Shown: positions 27,455-36,043 of the stretch, piece by piece | Layout of the letters: each line of letters opens with the position of its first letter | How positions within the stretch are numbered: position 1 is the stretch's first letter | Assembly (NCBI GenBank): GCA_946186275.1 | Contig: CAMHMO010000002.1 | Span: 67,436-131,435, forward strand | Direction of reading: 5' to 3' | Length of the DNA: 64,000 nucleotides | From: an uncultured Verrucomicrobiota bacterium | Lineage (GTDB): Bacteria > Verrucomicrobiota > Verrucomicrobiia > Opitutales > UBA9783 | Translations under genes and position numbers: made by a program | Notes under the pieces: model-generated | The model's input: the letters and a program-made list of their open reading frames with translations, nothing else | Told to the model about the DNA's origin: nothing | Databases searched by the model: none

Positions 27455-30170
27455 TTCGATGCTTTTCTTTTTGATCTTCCTCGCCGACTTCGTATTCGCA
27501 CACGAACCAGGCGTTGGCTGCTTTCACGTTTTCATCGCTTATGTTAAACTGCAGAAGAGCCCCGATTCCCTCATCATCCCTTGTTACCGTTATTCCGTTA
27601 TTTGCCGTCACGGCAGTGTTTTGTACGCAAAGAGCCTTTGATGTCCACTGCGTCACCGCTTTGGGAACCCAATCGCCGAATTCCAGAGCGATGGCATGAC
27701 TTTGTTTCAGACTGTCTTTCCCCGCATAACAAACGGCGTTCAAAATCAAATCATTATCACTATTATAATCATCCTTAAACACCTCCCATACCTCATTCGG
27801 ACAGTCTTTCGGTTCCGGAGTGTATATAAAACGGACATTCTTCAACTGTTTAAACTCGTTCTCATCCGTATTTTTGTTCAACCAGATTGTCGGCAGGCGA
27901 CCGCAGTCAAAATCGGGCAACGCGAATGCCGCCGTGAAAGAAAGCGTTCCGTCTTCGTTGTCCGTCAGTTCCAAACCGCGCTCTTCCAAAATCGCTTCCA
28001 ACGCATCCGTATTCCCGTTGGAAACGTTCAATGTGATGGTATGACCCGCATGGTTCACGAAAAAGTCCCTATTTAACAGGTCTTCTGCATGCTCCAAAAC
28101 GAATGCCGATTTTTCCCCGTCCAAAGTAAAGTCGCCTTTCTGCATCTGCAAAAACACGCGCATCAATTCAACAAGATTGTTATTCTCTCCTTTGTTTTTC
28201 AGTCTCTTTCTCCAGGCGTTTTGGATTTTGGTAACCGCCGCCTTCCGTTGAATTTCCTTGAGTCTGTCTTTGGGATCGGTTTCACACGCGCCCGTTGCGC
28301 CCAAGCCGTCGAAGAGGTCCGGCAACGATCCGTCGAAGCTGTTTTTCCGCGACGGGTGCAGGGAAGACGGAGTTGAATTTCTCGGCGAGACCGGAGGGGT
28401 TACCAAAGGCGAGGACGCAAGCGACAGTATGTACGAACCGGCTTGAGACCGTGTTTCTTTCAAACGAAAATTCAGCACAAAACGCGGTACATTCGTTCCG
28501 TCGAAGGAATTCCGTCTTTGCATCAACGGCATCAAACTATGGATATTTTCTCCTACCCGCTTTATTGATGTCTCTTCCGCCGCGTTATCCCATAAGGTTT
28601 GCATCCAATCGGGGGGTTCAATCGCGGCTGTTCCGCCCGTTGGCGCCGTTGTCGACGAGGTGGTTGCGCCTCCCGACCCCGTTGCACCGCCGCCTGCTTT
28701 CGTCAAATCGCTTTCGGTTTCCTTTGCTGTTTCTCCAATCGTCTCTCCATTGGTTTCTCCCGCATCGGGCTTCTTTTTGTCGGAGGGGGCGACGGGGGTA
28801 TTTGCGAAAATAACCAAGACGCTGCCTGTTTTATCCGGGTACAGCGAGATGCCTTCAATCGTTTCGCTGCCATCCAAAAAGCGACGGCCGTTCTGCAGTA
28901 AGAAACTTAGGTTCGGGTTGCGTTTGCTTTCGGTTCTTGCGCCGAGATCTTTCAACAGCGTGATGAGGTCGGAGGTGGTTGCGTCGTTATCGACATACAG
29001 CATAACTTTTTTGACCCGCATAGCCGGTTCCGTCGCGAACTTCATCACATCCGTCGACGTAATGCCGGCTCTCCTTCGATTGGAGGGCGCAACCACCTCA
29101 TCAACCTCGCAGTCGGTTTCTTTTTCGAAGGCATTCCGCAAAACCTGCAAATAATATTGTCGGAGACCGTTGCGCTTTTCTTCCCGAAGCCGTCTTTGCT
29201 TTGCTTCCGCTTCCGCCGACAATTCCGGTTTTGGTTCCGTTGTTTTCGCGACCGTCGAAACGGTATTTTCCACGCTTGTCGGCGTCGTCGCGACGTTCCC
29301 CGTTTCCGATCCCGTCTCGCCGCTGTTGTTCGAGAATTTTGCGGTTTCACCCTTGCTCTCCGAAGAATTGTTGTTGTCGGATAAAGTTCCCTTGCCGGTT
29401 TCGGTTGCCGAACCGTCGCCGCCTTTGTTGCCCGTTTCGCCACCTTTGTCGCCACCCGTCTTTGCGATTTCGGTTTTGCCCGAGGATGCCGTTTCGAACG
29501 CCGCCGCCGCGGATTTTACGCCGCTTCCCGCCGCTGTTGCGGATTTCGCGGACGCGTTCGTTCCCGAAACGGCTTTCGTTGCGTTCCTGCCCGCCGTCGC
29601 CTTCCCGGCATTGCTCCGTTCGGAAGCCGCCGAACTGCTCCCCGATGACGCAAAACGCGCCGGTCTGAATGCGGCCGAATCGTTCCCGTCCAAAACATTC
29701 GCCGACGCATCGACCGCATCCGCCGCTGCCGTCTCCGGTATGTACGGCTTCTCGGGCGGCAACTCGGGTTGCGCGGGTGTTTGTTCGACCGCCTTCGCCG
29801 CTTCCGCCTTGATGTCCGCATCCTTCGCCGCATCCAACGCCTCCTTCAATCCCTTCAAGGCATCGCCGTTGCCCGACTTCGTGTCCGACTTCGCCGGCTC
29901 GTTCGCTTTCGGCACTTCCTTCAGCCCCTGCATCTTGAGCGATAAATCGCCGCGTTTGTCCTTGACCGCCACGTCCTGCTTTACAACCCCGCCGTTGACC
30001 GCACGATCCGTTTCGTTGTAATTTTGGTACGCAACATACGACGCGCCGCCCGCCGCCGTAACCGCCGCCGCCGTTAATACCGCATGCTTACCCGCAAACT
30101 TCGCGACCCCCTTCGCCGCCGCTTCAATGAATTCTATAGGCCCCATATCTTCTTTCTTCAAGGAGCCCAA
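27414..30170 (-). CDS. ORFan membrane-anchored protein (918 aa) with an A/S/G/T/K low-complexity region and eukaryote-like short motifs
   Basis: A G/A-rich hydrophobic segment (HAVLTAAAVTAAGGASYVAY) lies near the N-terminus, and a ~215-aa low-complexity region follows. Short motifs include RRNSFDG, RKNSFDG and KIQNAWRKRLKNK. The track start is a TTG at 30170 inside the 14-bp repeat, and an ATG at 30146 is an alternative. Confidence 0.7.
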   Translation of the reverse strand: MGSLKKEDMGPIEFIEAAAKGVAKFAGKHAVLTAAAVTAAGGASYVAYQNYNETDRAVNGGVVKQDVAVKDKRGDLSLKMQGLKEVPKANEPAKSDTKSGNGDALKGLKEALDAAKDADIKAEAAKAVEQTPAQPELPPEKPYIPETAAADAVDASANVLDGNDSAAFRPARFASSGSSSAASERSNAGKATAGRNATKAVSGTNASAKSATAAGSGVKSAAAAFETASSGKTEIAKTGGDKGGETGNKGGDGSATETGKGTLSDNNNSSESKGETAKFSNNSGETGSETGNVATTPTSVENTVSTVAKTTEPKPELSAEAEAKQRRLREEKRNGLRQYYLQVLRNAFEKETDCEVDEVVAPSNRRRAGITSTDVMKFATEPAMRVKKVMLYVDNDATTSDLITLLKDLGARTESKRNPNLSFLLQNGRRFLDGSETIEGISLYPDKTGSVLVIFANTPVAPSDKKKPDAGETNGETIGETAKETESDLTKAGGGATGSGGATTSSTTAPTGGTAAIEPPDWMQTLWDNAAEETSIKRVGENIHSLMPLMQRRNSFDGTNVPRFVLNFRLKETRSQAGSYILSLASSPLVTPPVSPRNSTPSSLHPSRKNSFDGSLPDLFDGLGATGACETDPKDRLKEIQRKAAVTKIQNAWRKRLKNKGENNNLVELMRVFLQMQKGDFTLDGEKSAFVLEHAEDLLNRDFFVNHAGHTITLNVSNGNTDALEAILEERGLELTDNEDGTLSFTAAFALPDFDCGRLPTIWLNKNTDENEFKQLKNVRFIYTPEPKDCPNEVWEVFKDDYNSDNDLILNAVCYAGKDSLKQSHAIALEFGDWVPKAVTQWTSKALCVQNTAVTANNGITVTRDDEGIGALLQFNISDENVKAANAWFVCEYEVGEEDQKEKHRIAVHLFFAEEQPV

Positions 30171-30228
30171 TTCAAGGAGCCCAATTCAAGGAGCCCAATT
30201 CAAGGAGCCCAATTCAAGGAGCCCAATT
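30157..30228. repeat. Perfect tandem repeat of 14 bp (CAAGGAGCCCAATT) x5
   Basis: I read it directly from the sequence. Five identical units span 30159-30228, preceded by a partial unit (TT). It abuts or overlaps the 5' end of the 918-aa ORF. Confidence 0.95.
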
Positions 30229-30247
30229 CTGTATTCTGTTATCGGTC

Positions 30248-30755
30248 AAAAATTAAAAATGCAAGAAAAAAATTCGATGGAGGGGAAAAAGCGGGGGAGA
30301 AAAAAAGGAAAAAAGGGAAGGATGAGAGTGCCGGTTGTACCGTGATAAGAAGGGAAGGCGACGGCAATTTAAAAAGCAAAGACAGATGAAGAGAGGATGG
30401 AGAGAAAAAACGGAGCAGAACGGAGACGGAAATGAGAGAAACACGCGGGTGCGAGAAAGCAGGAGCGACGAAGGGGGGAACCAAAGGCGGATAGGTCGTG
30501 AGAAAGACAGGGAAAGGGAGGCGGGAAAGGGATAAAGACAGAGTGCGGGAGGTGCGTCCGTTGAAAATGTACTGTAGGATGAAGGTATTAGTATAGGGCA
30601 AATAATTTTTAAAAGTGTGCGGGGTGGAACGGGGAGAAAAACGGAGGATGTTTGCCGAAGAATGCCGCAAGAAGGCGGCGATGAAGAAAAAAATGAAAAC
30701 AGGGGGACGGGGGGATCCGTGATGAAAAGGAAGACGGCGACGATGTCGGACTGAG
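30248..30755 (+). repeat. Strand-asymmetric polypurine (A/G-rich) tract with G-run motifs
   Basis: The plus strand is about four-fifths purine by eye over ~500 bp. It contains GGGAAAGGGAGGCGGGAAAGGG at 30510-30531. Only low-complexity ORFs occur on the pyrimidine strand. Confidence 0.8.
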
Positions 30756-30850
30756 CACAAAACGCTTGTGTTGCATCGCGCACAGAACTGCAATGAAGGT
30801 GCTTTGCAGGTCGGAGCCGTTCGAAGGAATTTTTTTGGAGTTTTGCGAAA

Positions 30851-31972
30851 ATGCCGCGTTTGGTGGACAGGTACATTTTAAAAGAGTGGCTGAAGGCACT
30901 CGGAGTGACAATTTTGCTGATTTTGGGCATTCTCCTCCTTGAGGATATGTATCGAAACCTGAAAAACTTCCTGGAACGCGGCGCAAGCGCGCAAACATTG
31001 CTCTGTTACTACGGGTTCGTTGTCCCGAACTGTCTCGGAACCGTCCTGCCGATTGCGTTCTTTATTTCGGTTTTGTACGTCCTCAACGACATGCAGGCGC
31101 ACAACGAGGTCGTTGCGTTGCGTGCGTCCGGCATGACGGTGTTTTCAATCACGCGCGGCTTTTGGTTTGCCGCCGTTTTGCTGACGGGACTGTTGATCGG
31201 TTTTAACGCTTACCTGTTACCGTACGCTTCCGATCGCATGAATACGATTGCGCAGCAAATCGATTACAATGCGCAAAAAAAACATACCAACGACACCGAA
31301 CAAATCGGCATCCGCTATAATCTTTGCTTTCATCATCCGACGGCGGGGCGTTTGTGGCGCATCAACCGTTTCGGTTTGTATGCCAACCGCGGTACGTTCA
31401 CAACGCTTTCGATGCTTGATGCCGACGGGCATGAACGGGAACGCATCGAAGCGCACGCGGTTTCTTTTGATCCGCATACCCGTACGTGGCATTTTTTTAA
31501 CGGAAAACATTGGTATTTTGAGGGAAATTCCGACGTCGTTCGGAACTTTAAGCCGTTTTCGGAAGAAACGTACGACGCTTTTGACGAAACGCCGCCCTTT
31601 ATGGATTGCATTCACAAGCCGCTGAAACACCTCGGAGCGCACGAATTGAAGCAGATTATCAACTTTTTCCCCGAAAACAACACGCACTTTTCGGAACACC
31701 GCATTGCGTACGCTTCCATCGCTTCTTCCCCGCTGATTTGCCTGATGGTACTGCTTTTGGCGATTCCGTTTTCGCTGGGCGGCGTCCGCACCAATCCGAT
31801 GGTCGGTATTTCCAAGGCCGTCAGCTTGTTCTTTGTCTATTACCTCGCGGGCGGCTTCGGGCGCATGCTCGGAACCCGCGGGATGCTTGCGCCTTTGGCG
31901 GCGGCGTGGTTCCCGAATGCAGTCATGCTTGTGTTTGGATTGGTTTTGTACCGAAAGCTTGCACCGCGGTAA
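30851..31972 (+). CDS. LptF/LptG-family (YjgP/YjgQ) LPS export permease
   Basis: It has the N-terminal MPRLVDRYILKEWLKALGVT, a six-TM-like profile with a large periplasmic loop, and is ~370 aa long. Confidence 0.8.
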   Translation: MPRLVDRYILKEWLKALGVTILLILGILLLEDMYRNLKNFLERGASAQTLLCYYGFVVPNCLGTVLPIAFFISVLYVLNDMQAHNEVVALRASGMTVFSITRGFWFAAVLLTGLLIGFNAYLLPYASDRMNTIAQQIDYNAQKKHTNDTEQIGIRYNLCFHHPTAGRLWRINRFGLYANRGTFTTLSMLDADGHERERIEAHAVSFDPHTRTWHFFNGKHWYFEGNSDVVRNFKPFSEETYDAFDETPPFMDCIHKPLKHLGAHELKQIINFFPENNTHFSEHRIAYASIASSPLICLMVLLLAIPFSLGGVRTNPMVGISKAVSLFFVYYLAGGFGRMLGTRGMLAPLAAAWFPNAVMLVFGLVLYRKLAPR

Positions 31973-32078
31973 AAAACAACCACCTTTCACAAAAACCCGT
32001 ATGTGATTGTGATAATACGCGGGATGAGCTTGCCTTTTTACCCCAAAAACGCAAGAATAATTCTGTCTCTCCTTTAGA

Positions 32079-33914
32079 ATGCCTCTCATTGCGTCGTCCT
32101 GCATCCAAGCGATTAAAGATCGGGTGTCGATGGTTGATGTGGTGTCGCCGTACGTGCGATTAAACCCCGCGGGACGTTATTGGAAGGGGCTGAGTCCGTT
32201 TTCGCACGAAAAAACGCCCTCCTTTTTCGTCGATCCGCAACGCAATACCTTTAAATGTTTCAGCAGCGGGTATGCCGGCGATGTGTTTCGTTTTTTGGAG
32301 TTGAAGGAGCAACTGACGTTTTCCGAAAGCGTCGAGCGACTGTGCGAACAATTCAACATCCCGTTGGAGTACGAACGGCGCAGCGGAACGATTGTACGTT
32401 CGAACGAAGGCGTGTCGGTGAAGAAAATTTTGTTGCACATTTACGCCCGTGCAACGCAGTTCTTTAAGCAACATTTTTGGTCGGACGATAAAATTGCAAA
32501 GCAGGTGCGCGCTTATTGGCGTGATACGCGGCATTTTTCGGACGAAACAGCAAAAACATTTGATATTGGTTTTGCGCCCGCAGACGGTTCGCTGTATGTT
32601 TCCCTGCAAAATGCCGGGTTTTCGCGCGAACAGTTGCAACAAAGCGGTTTGTTTTACAATCCAAAGCGCGATTACGGCAGTCTGATGCCGCGGTTCCAGG
32701 GGCGGCTCATGATTCCGATTAAGGATCTGCAGGATCGAACGATTGCCTTTTCGGGGCGACACCTGCCGTTTGTAACGGTTCAAACTGATCCGACGCGCGA
32801 AGCGAAATACGTGAATTCTCCCGAAACACCTCTCTTTATTAAAGGGCAGGTGTTGTTTAATCTCTCAAAGGCGCGGTCGTTTTTAGAGAAAAACACTCCT
32901 TTTTATCTGGTGGAAGGACAACTCGATGCCATGCGCTGTTTCGAGTGCGGATTGAAAACCGCCGTTGCGCCGCAGGGCACCGGGTTGACGGAGGAACAGC
33001 TGAAGCTTTTAAGACGCTACGATGCGCCGATCATCGGGCTGTTTGATGGCGACGAAGCGGGTTTTAAAGCCGGTTTGCGATTTATGACGTTGGGCATTCC
33101 GCTCGAAATTCCCTTGCGCTATGTTTGTTTGGAAAAAGATGAAGATCCCGACGGTTTTTTGCTGAAAAACCCGAAACGTTGCGAAAAACTCGCAGACGAA
33201 GCCCTTTCGCCCGTTGATTTTTTTGTGCACGCTTTCAAACGCAACGGTTGCGATGACGATGGGGTTCAACGCAATGTCCTCCAAGCGATGTTTCCGATTA
33301 TTGCCAAATGTACGTCCGCAGTTTTGCGTTTTGATTTACTGCGTGAACTTTCCAAAGCGTTTCACCTGCCGCAAAGCGCGTTGGAAGCGGATTTGGAAAT
33401 GTTTCAACATCGCGCGCCCGTTAAAGCGGATTCCGCACCGCCGTCGCAACCGTCGCCCGTCGCTTACGAACCGCCGGAGGGACAGGTGTTGAGATTTCTG
33501 TTGCACGCGCCGCATTGGACGGAAGCCGTTTTAAAGTATTTATCACTCGATTGGATTGACGAAACGCGTACGGTCGGGCGGTTGCTGATGCGGATTTTGA
33601 GCGAATTTCACGAAAACGGCATCGAACCGCTGAACAACCGCGACCGTTGGAATTTGTCCGCCGAGGAGGAGGATTGCTGGTGTCAACGGCTGGCGCAACC
33701 GCTTCCGTCCGGCAACGAGCGCGAACAGTTGACGCTCCTTTTGCAACAGCTGTATCGGCGCTTTCTTAAAAAGAAAATTTTAGAGATTGACAAACGCATT
33801 TCAAAAAATCCCGATGGCAATATCGGGGAAGCGCGGCGTCTGCAATCGGATCGGCTCGCCTGCAAGCGGGCGTTGGCGGAGGCGGCGTCTTTTGTTTGCC
33901 TGCCGAAGGAGTGA
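32079..33914 (+). CDS. dnaG: DNA primase DnaG with a degenerate zinc-binding motif
   Basis: It has the N-terminal primase motif SPFSHEKTPSFFV...FKCFSSGYAGDVFRF, the TOPRIM motifs VEGQLDAM and LFDGDEAG, and lies upstream of rpoD. Confidence 0.9.
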   Translation: MPLIASSCIQAIKDRVSMVDVVSPYVRLNPAGRYWKGLSPFSHEKTPSFFVDPQRNTFKCFSSGYAGDVFRFLELKEQLTFSESVERLCEQFNIPLEYERRSGTIVRSNEGVSVKKILLHIYARATQFFKQHFWSDDKIAKQVRAYWRDTRHFSDETAKTFDIGFAPADGSLYVSLQNAGFSREQLQQSGLFYNPKRDYGSLMPRFQGRLMIPIKDLQDRTIAFSGRHLPFVTVQTDPTREAKYVNSPETPLFIKGQVLFNLSKARSFLEKNTPFYLVEGQLDAMRCFECGLKTAVAPQGTGLTEEQLKLLRRYDAPIIGLFDGDEAGFKAGLRFMTLGIPLEIPLRYVCLEKDEDPDGFLLKNPKRCEKLADEALSPVDFFVHAFKRNGCDDDGVQRNVLQAMFPIIAKCTSAVLRFDLLRELSKAFHLPQSALEADLEMFQHRAPVKADSAPPSQPSPVAYEPPEGQVLRFLLHAPHWTEAVLKYLSLDWIDETRTVGRLLMRILSEFHENGIEPLNNRDRWNLSAEEEDCWCQRLAQPLPSGNEREQLTLLLQQLYRRFLKKKILEIDKRISKNPDGNIGEARRLQSDRLACKRALAEAASFVCLPKE

Positions 33915-33917
33915 GGG

Positions 33918-35771
33918 ATGTCGAAGGGGGATGTATCCAATGGGGGCGTCGCGTCGGAAAAAACGGTTGCCTCGGAAGGTGTTGTGTCGCTCGGCAAACG
34001 CAAGGTGAAAGTTGTTCCGTCGCAGGAAATTCTCAATGAAAAAATTCGCGCGCTGATTGCGCTGGCGAAGCAGCAAAAGTATCTGACCGTTCAGGACATC
34101 AGCCGTCAACTGCCGGAGACCGTCAAAAAGGCGGATCAGCTGGAGAACGTCATCAGCATTCTCGAAAAGCTCGACATTAAAATTCTGGACGAGGAAGAGG
34201 CGGAACAGTTGCGGGAGCAGCAACGGATCGAAGAAGAGGAAGCCGTTCAAAACGCGCGTTCGGAGGAAAATATCGAAGATCCCGTGCGCATGTATCTGCG
34301 ACAAATGGGCGCGGTTCCGCTTTTGACGCAGGAACAGGAAACCAAAATCGCCGGGCGCATTGAAAAAGCGGAATTTTCGGCGCAGGACAGCCTGTTTTCG
34401 ATTATGCTGTCGTTGCCGTTCCAGATCGATTTGGCGCAAAAACTGCTCGAACACAACGAACGTTTCGACACTGTCGTAACGGATAAAAAGGTTGAGAACC
34501 GTACGGCTTATTATCAAACGTTGAGGCAGCTGGTTTCGCAGTGCAACCTCCTCGGGACGCAACTCAACAAACTTTGGGAGTCGTATTGGAAGGCGACGGA
34601 TCCGGAGGAAAAGGATAAATTTCTGACGCGCTATCAAAAGTTCGAAACGCAGCTGAAGCCCTTATTTAAGCGTTTTTGTTTTAAATTGAAAGTTTTCGAA
34701 GAATTTCTGGATCGCTATTCGCCGTTGGTGCGGGAAATCGAAAAAATCCGCGAAAGTTTGCGCGGCATCGAAAAAAGTTCGACCTACGCCTCCGTCGACA
34801 CGCAGCCGTTGCAAAAGCGCCTTAAAGCTATCGAGTACGAACTCCACCTTCCGCCCGAGCAATTTGTCGAGTGGATGAAGACGGTGCGCCGACACATCCG
34901 CGAAGTCAATAAGGCGAAAAGCGAGATGGTCGAGTCGAACCTGCGCCTTGTGATCAGTATCGCGAAAAAATACACCAACCGCGGTTTGTCGTTTCTGGAT
35001 CTCATTCAGGAAGGTAACATCGGACTGATGAAGGCTGTGGATAAGTTTGAGTACCACCGCGGGTATAAATTTTCGACCTACGCCACCTGGTGGATTCGGC
35101 AGTCGATCACGCGTTCGCTGGCGGATCAGGCGCGCACCATCCGCATCCCCGTGCATATGATCGAAACCCTCAACCGCGTTGTTCAAACGCAAAAGCAGCT
35201 GGTGCAGGAGCTGGGCTACGAACCGTCACCCGAGGAAGTCGCGAAAACACTGAAATTGTCGCCCGAGCACGTTAAAAGCGTCATCAGTATCGCCCGCCAT
35301 CCCGTTTCGCTCCAAAGCCCAACAGGCGAAAGCGAAGACAGTTGCATCGGCGACTTTATCGAGGATAAAACCGTCGGCGATCCTTTTGATACGACGGCGA
35401 AGAATTTGCTTCGAAGCATGTTTCTGAAAGTGCTCAGGACGCTGTCGGAGCGGGAACGCGAAGTGTTGTTGCTGCGTTTCGGTCTGCACGACGGTTACAG
35501 CCGAACCTTGGAGGAAGTCGGAAAGATGTTCCACGTGACGCGCGAGCGCGTTCGGCAAATCGAAGCCAAAGCCCTGCGCAAAATGCGCCATCCGACGCGA
35601 TTAAGACAATTCAAAGGTTTCCTGGAAGACGAGATCGATACGGAGGAAGAAATTTCCTTCGAAGCGTTCAAAAAGACCGCCAAACAGGGCAAAGCGGAGC
35701 GACTGGAGCAGTTTCGCGACCAGATGCGCAAGTTCGGGGTGCAACCGAACGGAGCGTTTGAAAAAGTGTAA
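33918..35771 (+). CDS. rpoD: Primary RNA polymerase sigma factor RpoD
   Basis: Region 2 reads [27 protein letters not shown] and region 4 reads [30 protein letters not shown]. An acidic region 1 is present. Confidence 0.95.
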   Translation: MSKGDVSNGGVASEKTVASEGVVSLGKRKVKVVPSQEILNEKIRALIALAKQQKYLTVQDISRQLPETVKKADQLENVISILEKLDIKILDEEEAEQLREQQRIEEEEAVQNARSEENIEDPVRMYLRQMGAVPLLTQEQETKIAGRIEKAEFSAQDSLFSIMLSLPFQIDLAQKLLEHNERFDTVVTDKKVENRTAYYQTLRQLVSQCNLLGTQLNKLWESYWKATDPEEKDKFLTRYQKFETQLKPLFKRFCFKLKVFEEFLDRYSPLVREIEKIRESLRGIEKSSTYASVDTQPLQKRLKAIEYELHLPPEQFVEWMKTVRRHIREVNKAKSEMVESNLRLVISIAKKYTNRGLSFLDLIQEGNIGLMKAVDKFEYHRGYKFSTYATWWIRQSITRSLADQARTIRIPVHMIETLNRVVQTQKQLVQELGYEPSPEEVAKTLKLSPEHVKSVISIARHPVSLQSPTGESEDSCIGDFIEDKTVGDPFDTTAKNLLRSMFLKVLRTLSEREREVLLLRFGLHDGYSRTLEEVGKMFHVTRERVRQIEAKALRKMRHPTRLRQFKGFLEDEIDTEEEISFEAFKKTAKQGKAERLEQFRDQMRKFGVQPNGAFEKV

Positions 35772-35780
35772 AGTTGTTGC

Positions 35781-35987
35781 ATGAGGTTTTCGATTGGACG
35801 GGTGCTCGTTCGAAGGGGGCAATCGTTCGATATAGGGTTCGGTCGTTTGTCATTTCATGAGCGGTTCAGGAAGGGATGTTTTGCTTTCGAATCGTGTGTT
35901 GGAAAGTACATAGACAAACGGGGTAAAGAAGGGTTTGACGAGGCGGAGCACTGCATTTGCTTTGAAAGTTCCGTGGTTGCGTGTTGA
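35781..35987 (+). other. Possible out-of-frame remnant of the pheT 5' end (68-codon ORF)
   Basis: It starts MRFS, like the canonical PheT MKFS start, and ends ...ICFESSVVAC, which loosely resembles the ..IEISVTPNRADC segment. It is in a different frame from the main pheT ORF and ends with TGA. Confidence 0.25.
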
Positions 35988-36043
35988 AGCGGTTGTTTCG
36001 GAAATTTCTTGAAAAAGCATAATGCTCGGCGTTGTAATCGGGT

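Noticed and set aside
30100-30170. A TTGAAG-17-TATAGA promoter-like string at the start of the 918-aa ORF
   Set aside because: It lies downstream of both candidate start codons, so it cannot drive the gene. It is probably a chance match in A/T-rich sequence.
30157-30228. The 14-bp direct repeats as a CRISPR array
   Set aside because: The units are contiguous with no spacers, the unit is far shorter than a CRISPR repeat, and no cas genes are in the window.
30239-30998. Three overlapping minus-strand ORFs (184, 225 and 129 aa) in the long intergenic region upstream of the 918-aa gene
   Set aside because: Their products are P/S/F/L-rich low-complexity strings, exactly as expected from translating the pyrimidine strand of a polypurine tract. 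They overlap each other in different frames, and one overlaps the lptF/G start. I treat them as compositional artefacts unless conservation or expression data say otherwise.
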